Below are positions 50,795-64,000 of a stretch of DNA of 64,000 bases, in pieces (positions within the stretch are counted from its first letter, which is position 1; each line of letters begins with the position of its first letter). The notes under the pieces were generated by a model that was not told the origin of the DNA, did no database searches, and worked only from the letters and a program-made list of their open reading frames with translations. The stretch comes from Octopus vulgaris (lineage: Eukaryota). The stretch spans positions 25,110,001 to 25,174,000 of the forward strand of contig OX597825.1 of NCBI GenBank assembly GCA_951406725.2, written 5' to 3'. The position numbers and the translations under genes were made by a program.

Positions 50795-51420
50795 TATCCT
50801 TTATGGACATTTTAATTATAAAGAATGACACGAGCAAAGAAACTGGTATCTACTAAAAAAAAAAAAACAACAGATTCTAAACAGTACCTACAATTTTCTT
50901 CATACCATCCAAAACATACCAAATCCAATATTCCATTTAACCTAGCTAGAAAATTCGGAACAACTGTCTCCAATCTGGATGTTCAGGATAAAAGACTCCT
51001 TGAATTAAAACAGGTACTACTTGAAAGAAAGTACCTGTCTATTCCAATAGGGAATGGAATACCATGCACCAAAGCAAGACATTGAAGAATTACGAAAAGA
51101 TAAAAAAAAAACAGTTCAGACACACCCAAAACTATCTTTAGGTTGTTATTGAGCCAAGACCCAAGAATGGAAAAAGGTACCGGAATCATACAAATAATCA
51201 AATGCAAAAGGCAACTAAAATCAAAAGCAAAAAGCACACACAAAAAAAAGTTACCAACTACAGACTCAACTCCAACAATTAAAATGTGTGGCTGATCCAA
51301 ATGTGAAAAATTTACTGAGGACAACTTATAAATTTAAATCATAACAAGTTTTCACTGTGAAAAGCCATTTTACTTGTTCTTCAAAAAAATTTGATATATG
51401 CAATCAAATTCAATGGATGC
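50795..51420 (+). pseudogene. Penelope-like RT thumb to start of GIY-YIG, decayed
   Basis: FMDILII...TDSKQYLQFSSYHPKHTKSNIPFNLA...; HFTCSSK/NLIYAIKFNGC. Confidence 0.8.
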
Positions 51421-52000
51421 AAGGTCTTCTCAAGAATATCATTTCGCCCAACACATCAAGAGTATTCTTAACAGGGCTGGATGTGCGTGGTTGCGATCTC
51501 ACTTTATTTGCCGAGTCTTCTCAATCACGATGTATCTCCTAAGGTCATGGTCTCCTGTCATTGCCTCTGTGAGGCCCAATGTTCGAAGGTCATGCTTCAC
51601 CACCTCATCCCATGTCTTCCTGGGTCTACCTCTTCTACAGTTAGGGAGTGGAACTTCCTCACACAGCTGTCTGCATTCATATGTAACACATGGCCATACC
51701 AGCGCAGTCGCATCTCTTGCACACCACACTTGATGCTTCTTATGCCCAACTTTTCTCTCGGGGCGCTCACCCTGTCGTGTATGCACACTGACATTACACA
51801 TCCAGCAGATCATACTAGCTTCATTTTTTCAAACCTACGCATGTCTTCAGCATTCTTGGCCCCTGTTTCACAGGTGTGTAGCACGGCAGTTAGCACACAT
51901 GCATCATACAGTCTACCTTTCACTCTGAGCAAGAGGCCTTTAGTTGCCAGCAGAGGTAGGAGTTCCCTGAACTTTGCCCAGGTTATTCTTACTCTAGTCT
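51420..52000 (-). mobile_element. RTE LINE C-terminal fragment inserted in the PLE
   Basis: RLRWYGHVLHM, GRPRKTWDEVVKHDLRTLGL. Confidence 0.9.
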
Positions 52001-52546
52001 CATTCCACCATATTACTACCCCTACCTGCCTCTCTCTGCCCCATCACTTAGGCTCTATCACTACATACCTGACACTCCTTTTCTTTTTACACTATTATAT
52101 CTATCTATCTCTCTCTTTATCACCCCATTCCTTCTATCTGACACTCCTTTACTCTTTACCCTATCATCTTTTTACACTCTCATATCTTTCTCTCTCTATC
52201 ACCCTCACTTCCCCATTCCTACTATCAATTTATCTTGACTGACCACTAACTGGTACACATTCCCTCTCTTAATCTCTTTATTATCTCTCTCCTTGCTTTT
52301 CTTTTTTTTTCTTTATTCCTCTCTTCCTGTTTTCGATTTGACCTTACAAATACATTCCCTGATTTTATGTCACTATTGGAATTTATTCACAAGGTATTGG
52401 AATCTTGTATGTATACCATTCTGCCTAAAAAATGGATCTACAAATGCAATATCCCTGCATATCTCACATCTGTTTTCATTCCTCCACTTCACTCGCTATT
52501 TCATATCTTATCTAAATCAACTATTGCTTAACCATTTTCTCACACC

Positions 52547-52595
52547 ATCTCCGATGAAGGGATATAATTAAATATCACAGAAACAGCTGTAAGAC
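52547..52595 (+). ncRNA. Hammerhead-like fold in PLE tail (U4C, weakened stem II)
   Basis: atct-CCGATGA-agggata...tatcaca-GAAA-cagctg-TA-agac; same family as 25909-25947. Confidence 0.55.
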
Positions 52596-53265
52596 CTATT
52601 TATAAATGTTCTAAAATCTTCACAGCCTTGGGTTTTTTTTTTTTATCTCATTCTGAAAAAAAAATTTTTTATATATACACATGCTGATATATGACCTACG
52701 TTGGACTCCTTATTCGCATAATCACCAAACCTGGAGCTTAACTATGGTCTGCCCATAGCACTTACTCAGCATTACCTGACACCTTTGGGTCTTATTGACA
52801 CCATTACCTCTCATAACCTATATATATATAAGCATTAATCTATGTGGAACTTCCTTTATTGACAGTGGCTGCCTCGGACTCTTTGTATGGCTTATTAAAC
52901 AATTGCCAGAAGGCGTTAATTTTTATCATACGTAGTTGTGTGCCATTAAAGTTATGAGAAGCATTAGCACGATGATAATTAAGTGCCACCTATACATTAT
53001 ATGCTCTCCACTCATTCACAACCACTTCAGATCCTGGGACAACCAATCGTTGAAAAATTGCTAATCGATGTTGGTGTACATCTAATTATTTACACATCTC
53101 GAACAACCGTTTTGATGATTTTTTGTGTTTGGAGATTTAAAGTTCATCCGCCTGCATTTTGAAATAATTTTGTTGTCAAGCTTAGCATTAGTACAAATTA
53201 ATTATTGTGATATCAAGACCACAGCATAGCTGCAATTCAAACATGAATAAAAAAAAAAGAGATAT

Positions 53266-53575
53266 TCATCATCATCATCATTTAACATCCGTTTTCCATG
53301 CTAGCATGGGTTGGACGGTTCGACCGGGGTCTGGGAAGCCAAGAGGCTGCGCCAGGCTCCAGTCTGATCTGGCAGTGTTTCTACCGCTGGATGCCCTTCC
53401 TAACGCCAACCACTCCGTGAGTGTCATGGTTGCTTTTTACTTGCCACCGGCACAGGGGCCAGAGGAGGCTGGCAAACAGCTACGATCGGTTGGTGCTTTC
53501 TACGTGTCACCAACATGGATGCTAGTCAGGCAGGGCTGGCATCAGCCACATTCGGATGGTGCTTTTTACATGCCA
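53266..53575 (-). mobile_element. RTE 3' UTR fragment
   Basis: Family sequence with (cat)n tail. Confidence 0.9.
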
Positions 53576-54519
53576 TTAATGCCATGAATATCTATATTAT
53601 ACATGTTTTAGGTATTCTAAATTGCTTTAAGATATATGTAAATAAAGCAGTGAGTCAGCAGAATCGTTAATTAGCAAACTGGACAAAGTGATTTGCAGTT
53701 TTTCTTACAGCTTCTGAGTTTAAATTCCACCAAGGCCGTCTTTGCCTTTCATCTTATCAGGGTTGATAAAATAAGTACCAGTTAAGCACTGGGGTTGATG
53801 TAATCAATATACCCCTCCCCCCAATATTTCAGGCCATGTTCCTCTACAAAAATGTCTGTTTTTTCTATGTTAATAGGGGTTACATGAATAAATGTTGTTG
53901 AGGCATTGTTTTACAGCTGGATGCCCTTCCTGTCACTAACCCTTACTTGGTTTTTAAGTAAAAAATTTTGCATTCCACCCAAGTTTGAAATTGTGGAGCT
54001 ACCGGGTGGTTTCTTGATAGGGAAATGAGATATTGACATACCTGTAGCTGAGCAGTTTTTTATGCAAGTACAGAATATATAAACATTGACACAAACACAC
54101 ACACACACACACATATGATGGACTTAGTACAGTTTCCACCTACCAAAGTCAGGAGACATTGGTAAGCCTGGAGTAATTGCGAAATGTACCAAACACTGGT
54201 ATCATTAAGCCTGAAACTGTGTGGTTATGGAACAAGCTTCTACAGCACACTGTTGTGCTTGCCCCTCTTGTATATATTACTTATGTGACTGATGTGGTGC
54301 TCCAGCATAACCACAGCCACATGATTGGATCAAGTAAAAGAATGAATCAGGACAGAGGTAAATGCTATGTCCAGTAAGCTTATATGTCCAGATAAGCTAC
54401 AGTTTAGGTTCAAGGTTCTCAATGTGGCAAGAGAATGGTGGTACATCTTCCCATTTTGCTTTTTTGCTACACATCATCTCAATCCCCAGAACTAAGGCTT
54501 TCAAACAGCTTAAGAGTCG

Positions 54520-54830
54520 TCGTCATCGTCGTCGCCGCTGCCGTCGTCGTCATCATCATCATCATCTAACATCCACTTTCTATGTTGGCACGGGTTGGAC
54601 GGTTTGACTAGAACTGGTGAGCTAGTCTGACTTGGTATGGTTTCTACGGCTGGATGCCCTTCCTAATGCCAACCACTCTGAGTGTGTAATGGGTGCTTTT
54701 AATGTGCCACTGGCACAGATGTCAGTTTGCATGACACCAATCTCTACCATGGCTATGATTTCACTTGGCTTGATGAGTCTTCTTCTCAAGCATGTCATTT
54801 GTCATTGCCTCCATGAGGCCCAGTGATCGG
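54520..54830 (-). mobile_element. RTE 3' UTR fragment (old)
   Basis: Family sequence. Confidence 0.75.
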
Positions 54831-54890
54831 AAAGTGATAATTCAGGTATTCTGAATTGCACTGTTGTATATTTATTTGCATACACACACA

Positions 54891-55661
54891 CAGGTCCTCA
54901 TTGACTTACAACCGATTGACTACATGACAATTGACATGCCAGCTGCCGGCAGCAACAATAAACAGTCCAGTCGAAATCTAATGGGTTTAATTTCTTAGAA
55001 ATTAACCCATCTACGGATGGGTTAATTTAGTGCCAGAGCTATGCCGTCGGGAACTTCGGTTCCTGGTAGGGCCACCCAAGGCGGATTGGTCTGACACTGA
55101 GTGGTATTAGGGCCACAACCCAGCAGATGGGGCTCTGGTGAATATCCTCAGAGTGTCTGCTTTGGCAACCAGCAACTCCTCGGTCGTTCTGTCCCTGCGT
55201 CTGCGGACAATCTGCAGCAAACAGGATGTCTCCACATGTGGGATTGTTGGGGACTGCTTGTGAAATCCACATATTCCCACGAAACTTCTTCCATGAGTAG
55301 AAGAAGCCGACTCAACCCGCCCAGGGTGAATGTTGCCACAAGTAAGTAAGTATCTATGGATGACATCAGCTAACAAAAGTGGCATCGAAGATCCTCAGCC
55401 AAGCATCAGTCTACAATAAATTTTTACGTAAGTCTTGCAATTGTTCCTTACACTACATTGTGTATTTTTTGTATTTGCATTCTTTGGTACTTTTCCATGA
55501 ACAAATAACACTTGTAGTATAATACAGAATGCTGTGTTTGATTTTTACCTGAGAATTTACCTTAAGAATATAAAAATATAAAACAAAGCTATGCAGGCCT
55601 ATACACAGACTTACAACCAGTCAGTCAGAACAAACTGTGGTCGTAAATCAATGGCAACCTG
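54891..55661. mobile_element. Tigger-like MITE containing a GC-richer insert (~54965-55352)
   Basis: Imperfect TIR caggtcctcattgacttacaacc / ggtcgtaaatcaatggcaacctg. Confidence 0.55.
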
Positions 55662-55829
55662 TGTACACACACACATAAATCATCATCAGTTACTGAACAA
55701 CCCATCTCCCCTAACACCATTAAAAAACTTCCCTCTCCATTCCACACTCACCCAGTCAAATCCTTTGTTCCACTTATATTCACCCCACCCCAGAGGGTAT
55801 TCTTTCTTTCTGCCTTTAACCCTCCAACG

Positions 55830-56130
55830 CGGAGTATAGGCCACTTATAATTGAATTCCATGTAGCATAATTTTTCGCTTCTGTACTTTTATACTCTGCC
55901 ATGAATGTCCCCCATTCTCTAGTTCCTTTTGTGTTGATCTATGCACCGATTTCTTAGGCCTACCTCTCTTTCTAGATCCTTCCGGTCTCCACTGTAAAGC
56001 ACTTTTCGCTACATTTGGTGTGTCTTTTCTAATTGTGCTACCAATCCACTTCCACTTTTTCTTAAATATTTGCTCCCTAATCGAAACTTCATTTGTTCTT
56101 TCAATCGTAGTTTCCTTCATAAACAAATCT
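55830..56130 (-). pseudogene. Third RTE-clade LINE C-terminal fragment
   Basis: KWKWIGSTIRK...ALQWRPEGSRKRGRPKKS in ORF 55845-56333. Confidence 0.75.
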
Positions 56131-56618
56131 ATAACTAGATATGTGTCTTGCTGTAGAGGAAACATGGATATCCCAGTTGGAAAAGGAAGGAGTTGCCAGA
56201 TGCTCTCCAAATGTCCAGTACATACATGTATGTATGTGTGTGTGTGTGTGTGTATATATATATACCACCATCTCCCTTTCTCTCCTTTCTTTTCCAACTG
56301 GGATATCCATGTGTTTCCTCTACAGCAAGACATGTATCTCTATCACTCTACTCTACATTATTCTTTCTAATCTCTCATCAACAGGTACGAATCCCCTTCC
56401 CTCAATACTATATCTCCTCCCAGTCAAGAGATTTTTGCCTTGCAAGTTGCTGAGTGACGCCTGCCAGCACTTGTGCCACATAAAAACACCCAGCACACTC
56501 TGTAAAGTGGTTGGTGTTAGGAAGGGCATCCAGTCATAAAAATCATGTCAATACAGGCAACACAACTTGGTCACACTCCTCTGGCTTGCCGGATGCTCTC
56601 CAAATGTCCAATACATAC

Positions 56619-56682
<64 letters not shown>

Positions 56683-56807
56683 CAACCTTTGCCAACATGG
56701 ACAACGGATATTAAATGATGATGACATACATATATACATATATACAAACACGTACAAGCACACACATACATACACATACACACCCTAATTTCCAGGAATT
56801 ACTAAGG

Positions 56808-57066
56808 CAATGGTTCCCCAACCTGTGGTCTGTAGACCCCCCTGGCGATTCACAAAGGAAGTACTGGTAGTTCGTGAACTAAATTCAAAATTTCATATAC
56901 CGTATTTTAACGTGCAAAAGGAAACCTTTTTTGTCAAAAGTTAGGTTAAAAAAATATGTGAGTTTCTTATACATAGATAGCATTATAATCCCTTACAAAG
57001 CCTTTTTTCCTAATTTTAAGCCCCAAAATTTAGAGGGTTCCTTATACATGTTAAAATACAGTATAT

Positions 57067-57114
<48 letters not shown>

Positions 57115-57199
57115 TAAGGCTAAGCATATTAAAAGGGTTCTGAGGGAAAACTTATTTAAATAGAAAGGGTCCTTGGTAGTAAAAAGTTGGGAACTACTG
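56808..57199. mobile_element. hAT MITE with nested Tc/mariner-type MITE (56900-57061)
   Basis: CAATGGTTCCCCAAC / GTTGGGAACTACTG with degenerate TSD tactaagg / gactaggg; inner TA-CCGTATTTTAAC...GTTAAAATACAG-TA. Confidence 0.7.
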
Positions 57200-57446
57200 G
57201 ACTAGGGCAATGATCTGAACGGGCATTAGCCATTACATGACAACTATTAACATGTATTTGTAAGAGCAAGGTCACCATAACATTTATAAGGCCACAAGAT
57301 GCTTAAGCACGCATGTAAGTTTCTTAGTCGATTTCGGTATTATAGTTGACAGAATGTATGACAGCTTCGTTTAAATTAATCTTAATTAAAAACAATTTGA
57401 AGTGGGTGGACAATTAGTGAAGAGATAATGGATTTTCCTAAATTTA

Positions 57447-57680
57447 ACCCTTTAGCATTTAAATTGGTCATATCAGACACAAATATTGGACCTGTTATAG
57501 GGCAATGGTTCCCACCCCCTGGTGGTCCACAAAGGAAGTACTGGTGGTCCATGAACTAAATTCAAAATTTCGTATACTGTATTTTAACGTGCAAAAAGAA
57601 CCCTGGCTGGATCAGATATCTCATACCTACCCTATAATGTCTTTTTAAAAATAAACACTTACATCATTGAAATCTCAAAT
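57447..57680. mobile_element. piggyBac-type MITE fragment (family of 7722-7942, inverted), interrupted
   Basis: ttaa-ccctttagcatttaaa terminus. Confidence 0.65.
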
Positions 57681-57711
57681 TTTTTTATCTCTTTAAATAT
57701 TACATATCTGT

Positions 57712-57847
57712 GATATTTCAAATGCAGTATCACCATTAAAACAACAGAAAAAGGTGGAAAAAGTTGTCAACAAATAGCCATAGGAGTTGAACCCACATCC
57801 CCCAAGACACCAGCTGATTGCTTTACCATTAAGCTAAACTGTCCACT
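57712..57847 (-). mobile_element. tRNA-headed repeat (SINE family E)
   Basis: Minus strand tagcttaatggtaaagc A box, gggttcaactcc B box, followed by TTTTT; second copy 58655-58775 (+). Confidence 0.6.
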
Positions 57848-57894
57848 GACAATAACTACGCTGATTTTAATAGATAGCTTTCTGAAATGTAACA

Positions 57895-58320
57895 ACCCCC
57901 AGGAAAACATGGGATGAGATGGTGAAGCATGACCTTCAAATGTTGGGTCTCACAGAGGCAATGACAAGCGACCTGGACCTTAGGAGATATGCTGTGCTTG
58001 AGAAGACCCAGCAAACCAAGTGAGATCGTGGCTGATGCCAGTGTCGCATAACTGGCCCATTTAAAAGGACCCTTCAATCATTGTAGGTTATGCTTGAGAA
58101 GACCTGTTGTGTCAAGTGAAATTGTAGTCATGGCCGATGCTAGTGCCACCTGACTGGGCCCCCGTGCCACTACACTCTTGGAGTGGTTGACGTTAAGAAA
58201 GACATCCAGCTGTAGAAACCTTTCCGGATCAGATTGGGGCCTGATGCAGCTTCCTGGCTTGCCAGTCCTCAAACTGTCCAACCTACGCCAGCATGGAAAG
58301 CAGATGATGATGATGATGTG
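57895..58320 (+). mobile_element. RTE LINE ORF end + 3' UTR
   Basis: PRKTWDEMVKHDLQMLGLTEAMT; (gat)n tail. Confidence 0.85.
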
Positions 58321-58403
58321 TGTATATAAAAAAATTCACATTTGTTTTTTTAGAAGCATTGAATGAGTACTATTTGATACAAACAAGAAGATGGTATTTT
58401 GAA

Positions 58404-58633
58404 TGGCGAGCTGGCAGAAACGTTAGCGCACCGGGTGAAATGCGTAGCCGTATTTCGTCTGCCGTTATGTTCTGAGTTCAAATTCCGCCGAGGTCGACTT
58501 TGCCTTTCATCATTTCGGAGTCGATAAATTAAGTACCAGTTACGCACTGGGGTCGATGTAACCGACTTAATCCGTTTGTCTGTCCTTGTTTGTCCCCCTC
58601 TGTGTTTAGCCCCTTGTGGGTAGTAAAGAAATA
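58404..58633 (+). mobile_element. tRNA-derived SINE family B, full length (central domain resembles the Nin/Deu-type SINE domain)
   Basis: A/B boxes gagctggcagaa / gagttcaaattcc; gcctttcatc.tttcggagtcgataaattaagtacc; 11-bp TSD ggtattttgaa. Confidence 0.9.
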
Positions 58634-58857
58634 GGTATTTTGAACACAGTATTGCCTGTGTCTTGGGGGATGTGGGTTCAACTCCCATGGCTGTTTGTTG
58701 ACAACTTTTTCCAGCTCGTAAGAGTAATAATACCCAATTTTTCTACTGTTTTAACAGTGATACTGCATTTGATATGACAATTTCTTGTTTGTATCATACA
58801 ATACACATTCAACGCTTCTAAAAAACAAATGCATACACATGTGGTTGTTACATTATA

Positions 58858-59235
58858 CATCATCATCATCTAGCATCCGCTTTCCATGCTGGCATGGGTT
58901 GGACAGTTCAACTGGGGTCTGGGAACCCAGAAGGCTGCACCAGGCCCAGTCTGATCCGGCAATGTTTCTACAGCTGGATGCCCTTCCTAATGCCAACCAC
59001 TCCGTGAGTGTAGTGGGTGCTTTTTATGTGCCAGACGGGGCTGGCAAACGGCCACGGTCGGATGGTGCCTTTTACGTGCCACCGGCACGGGGGCTAGGTG
59101 AGGCTGGCAACGGCCACGATCGGATGGTGCTTTTTACGTGCCACCAGCAAGGGGGCCAGGTGAGGCTGGCAACGGCCACGATCAGATGGTGCTTTTTATG
59201 TGCCACCGGCACGGGGGCCAGGTGAGGCTGGCAAC
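58858..59235 (-). mobile_element. RTE 3' UTR with ~61-bp tandem subrepeats
   Basis: Family sequence. Confidence 0.9.
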
Positions 59236-60154
59236 ACAGACATTTATATTTAATCTCAGGACATCCCACTTACTGTGTATTCCTGTTTTAGGATATATAT
59301 ATATACACCTTGTGACAGTGTGTGCTTTAAGTGGCAACTAAAACTGTTAGCGATAGGAAGAGCACCCAATCATAAATCATTGTCTGAGAAAATATAAGTC
59401 ATGCCAGCACAGAAAAGCAGAAAGATGATGATGATGATGATGTTAACAATGTCAAGGATGATAAAAATTGAAGAACTTATTCCCCCATGGAATTTTCCGC
59501 CTGTAGCCATATGGTAGACAAACAGGCTCCTTTGTAGACAACTGAGACAGACTGACAGATCAATCAATCAACCAAACAATAAGCTATACAAACAGAGACA
59601 ACTGTGCACAGAGAGAGAGAGAGGGGGGAAACAGAAGGGGAAGAGAGAGAGAGGGAGAGACAGAAGGAGAGACAGAAGGGGAAGAGAGAGAGGGAGAGAC
59701 AGAAGGGGAAGAGACAGAGAGGGAGAGAGAGAGATGGAGACAGAGACACCCACAAAACTAGCAAAATAATAGAAGAATGAACTTGGCATAATCTGCATTA
59801 AAATTGGGGTGGGTAGGTTATTTTTGGAGTTTTTACCCCCCCTTAATCTGTGTAGTCTCTGCAAATGAAGCTCGAATCAGAATGTATTGATTAAAAGAAC
59901 ACAGGCAATTATAAAAAAACAGCAGCTTAATCTCCCTCAAACCACATTCCACTTTCTTGTAAAAGGACATGTCAGATAATGTAACCCATGGAGTGTTCTT
60001 TCTTGAAGCGAAAACAAACATCTTTTTTGGTTTGAATATTTCTGATTATAGGTATGCTCAGTTAGGGCTGTCACAGACATATATAAAAGAAAAAAAAACG
60101 CAGAGGGGCAATGCATACCCTGCATGAAAATAAATTTTTTCACAAATTGCACTA

Positions 60155-60460
60155 TCCGACTCGTGGCCAATGCCAGCGCCGCCTCGACTGGCTTCCGTGC
60201 CGGTGGCACGTAAATTGCACCAATCCGACCGTGGCCGTTGCCAGCCTCGCCTGGCACCTGTGCGGGTGGCACGTAAAAAGTACCCACTACACTCAAGGAG
60301 TGGTTGGCGTTAGGAAGGGCATCCAGCTGTAGAAACACTGCCAGATAAGACTGGAGCCTGGTGCAGCCTTCTGGCTTCCCAGATCCCGGTCGAACCGTCC
60401 AACCCATGCTAGCATGGAGAACGGACGTTAAACGATGATGATGATGATGATGATGATGAT
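60155..60460 (+). mobile_element. RTE 3' UTR fragment
   Basis: Family sequence with (gat)n tail. Confidence 0.9.
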
Positions 60461-61079
60461 ATAGTGTGGCTTATAAAGCATTGCTTGCCCATGCTTTTTA
60501 ATTGAACTGAATTAATTTTGTGCATTTTTTTCTTTAAATAACACCATTATAGGTATTTATACTCCAGTGAAATTAAGAAATCAACTTGTAAATAAACGAA
60601 AACTTCGAATCCAATACTGTACTGTTTCTATTTTGCGGATATTCACCTATCGCAGAGGGTTTTGGAATGTAACACCCACGATCGTCAAAGGATTACCGTA
60701 TTCCTCACTTTTGCATTCTAAGCTCAACTATGCTTTTTTATATTTTTTAGGGTTAATAAAAATAAATGCTATTCCAGCACAGCCATATATACATACCCCT
60801 GGTTGTGTTTTCGCAAAGTAAAACCTGCTCTTAATTGTTTGGAATATGAACCCACCAGGAAGCATCTGACCAAGCATATGAAATGTCCAGTAGGTAGTCG
60901 ACACCCGTAGCTAACAGTTTCATACTGCCCTTCTCTTACAGATTGTGAAAGCTTACCATAAACGTTTAATCCAAATAGTGAAATTTCAAGACTTCATTTT
61001 TTTATGGGCATATAAATGAGTTAAAATTCTGCAGCATATTGCCAAAAGTTAAAAAACATTATTAGTATTGTCTTCAAGA

Positions 61080-61640
61080 AGGTAAGCTGACAGAATCATT
61101 AGCATGCCAGACAAAAAAAAAAAAAAAAAAAAAAAAACGGCAGCATTTCTTCCAGTTTTATATTCTGTGTTATTAAGTTAGACATGGCCTGGGCCTGTAC
61201 TAGCTGAAACCTGTCAAAGATATCCACTGAGGTCAACTTTCCTTTCATCCTCTTGACGGCGATGATAAAAATAAGTACCAGTTGAGCACTGGGGGTCAAT
61301 GTAATCGACAAGCCCTTCCCTTCACAATTTAAGGATTGTGCTTATAGCAGAAAGAATTATTATTATCATCAGGATCAGAAGTCAGTAATCTGGCACAGAA
61401 ACATTGGAGCATTAGAAGAAGAAAAAAAAACAACTTTTCCCAGCATTTCTTCTAGTTCTTTGCCTTCTGAACTGAAATCCCGCCGAGGTCAAACTTTCAC
61501 ATTCATCCCTCCTTCAGTGTTGACAAAATAAAGTAGCAGTCACATACTGGGGTTGATTTAACTAGCCACCCACCACCTGCCGCCCCCCAAACCCCAGCCC
61601 CTAAAGTTTTTGTTCTTGTGCTTAAATTAGAAAGAATTAT
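61080..61640 (+). mobile_element. Two degraded SINE family B copies
   Basis: gaggtcaactttcctttcatcc...aataagtaccagttgagcactgggg motifs at ~61230 and ~61485. Confidence 0.7.
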
Positions 61641-61750
61641 CGTCAGAATCACACAGCTGATGACTGGGTAACTGAATTTGTTTGTACTCTGGTCTCATAA
61701 ATAGCATTTAACCCCATCCCACCCCACCCCAACAAAGTCTTCCCTTAGAG

Positions 61751-62362
<612 letters not shown>

Positions 62363-64000
62363 CCTTAGAGACTCACAGAGTTAGGTCAGTTTGCTTGTTT
62401 TTCTTTGTCAGAATTTGATAAAGATATAGCAAGTGTGAAGGTGCCAATTGTCTCAATAGCCTAATAAAATGTAGCCAACAAAAACACAAAATACTTATGT
62501 GTCAAGCGTTGCTGCTAAGAGAAGGAGAGAAAAAAAAAATCACTATATTTCAGTCAGGTAGCAGCCACTCCTGTTCTCCCTTTTGGATGTTATCAAGGCA
62601 AACGGCCAAATAGATAAGCAATAATTTTCATTTCTATATGAAACAGCTTTTGATTAAGAGGAAACAACATACGCGTTTAGTTACTTTCCTTTGCAATGTT
62701 TCTAGCGTCTATTTTATTTTTTTTTAAACATTCATCTGACAAAGGAAAAAAAATAAACCAGTAAAAAATGCCATGGAACAGATCAAAACAGACACAACAT
62801 ACAATAACATTTCACTAATATCAATTCCTATACTTAAGTTAATTTCATGCAGCAAATGGGAATTATTAACACATATTTCACTTTGACATTCAACAGAAAC
62901 TAAATTATCTACTGAAATAATTCTGAATATGTTGTGTGAAAAAAAAAAGCACAAGGGAGGGGGGAAAAAAATGAGACAGAAAGAAATCAATACAAGTCAA
63001 TTCCTGTTAAACTGATCGTATTGATCAACTTTATTTTAGCTTGTTTTTATATCTACTGATGAGTTTAAAACAAACCTAGCAAGTGAAGAGTAAGATTTTT
63101 TTTTCGTCTTTCTAGTCAGAAGGGAAACCAATAACCATGACACTTTACCAAGACCTCTGGGATGGAGGCCCCTGGGATGGACAATCCTACACAGTTTTAT
63201 TCAAGGTGTTTCCTCTAAGGGTGGGAAATGTTCATATGAAGAAAACATTTTTTATTAAATACATTTTAAAGATGTATAATTCTCCATTCTTCATTATTAT
63301 GTCTTGATAATATACTCTGTATTCTACATGAAATCCATTGAAGCAAACTCAGGATTTACTAATTGAAGAGAGTACAGTTTAATTGTTTATTCTAAACAAT
63401 TGAAAATATTTCTTATCATTCAACACGGTTAGCCAAGTCAGGATTTTATCAGAGCAATCATAAGATATTTGCCTAGATTTAAAATCCCTGTTCTTTTGCG
63501 TAATAATTCTGAACATGGATGATGAGTACATAGGTTGATGGATGGATAGATAGATAGACAGACAGATAGGCAGGAATATAGAGACAGACAGGCAGGTAGA
63601 TAGACAGGCAGATAGGCAGGTAGATAAATCGACAGACAGACAAATAGACAGGCAGATGTATAAATATATGATGTTATGCATTTTGGTGAGGAGAGGTTAC
63701 TGAAGAGACAATAAACCCCAAACTCCAGTATGTGATGGTGACTTGTGTTACTACTGACCATTCCCCCACCCCATGGATATCTGAAATTTACTATAAGAGA
63801 AAAGACAAGAAATGACTACAAACCTTCATTGCTAGACAGTTGAGGGTTAAAATATACTCCTGGAATTGTTATTTATTGTTCATTAGTTGCCTGCAGAGGT
63901 CTCTCTCTATTCCACTGCATGGAAAGATTTTTTTCAGGAAATGACCAACAAACGATGTTTTACATTATGTCTGCTGCAAATTAAAAATAGAAAATTCAAT

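Noticed and set aside
57760-57847. tRNA gene
   Set aside because: Acceptor and anticodon stems do not pair; treated as a SINE head, like the heads at 2540, 6737, 36134 and 44367
62724-62990. 88-aa ORF or possible minus-strand exon
   Set aside because: No recognisable homology and no convincing donor site
63052-63085. CTGATGAG hammerhead-like core
   Set aside because: Hairpin gttt/aaac present but no GAAA/UH or stem I

Overview
Eukaryotic, AT-rich and almost entirely non-coding window. The repeat repertoire most resembles an octopus (coleoid cephalopod) genome; this is an inference from recognised repeat types, not a database result. Nearly all supplied ORFs are artefacts of microsatellites or of an RTE-LINE 3' UTR read antisense. 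Retroelements: a 5'-truncated RTE LINE (RT with an inserted PHD-type Zn finger, minus strand, about 22.1-24.6 kb), about 25 copies of its 3' end including a multimeric array, other RTE/CR1-like remnants, several tRNA-derived SINE families and Penelope-like element (PLE) remnants (RT + GIY-YIG). DNA elements: non-autonomous Helitrons, hAT/piggyBac/Tigger MITEs and a decayed Tc1 with DD36E spacing. One candidate 63-nt host exon lies on the minus strand. The most notable signal is a set of about 9 minimal type-I hammerhead-ribozyme folds in PLE tails and in short (TA)n-embedded elements. Their stems covary between families. One has a compensatory G3-C8 catalytic-core swap, and one family shares an A6U substitution. 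Several foldback palindromes occur in the same (TA)n context. All structures were read by eye and none was computed or tested.
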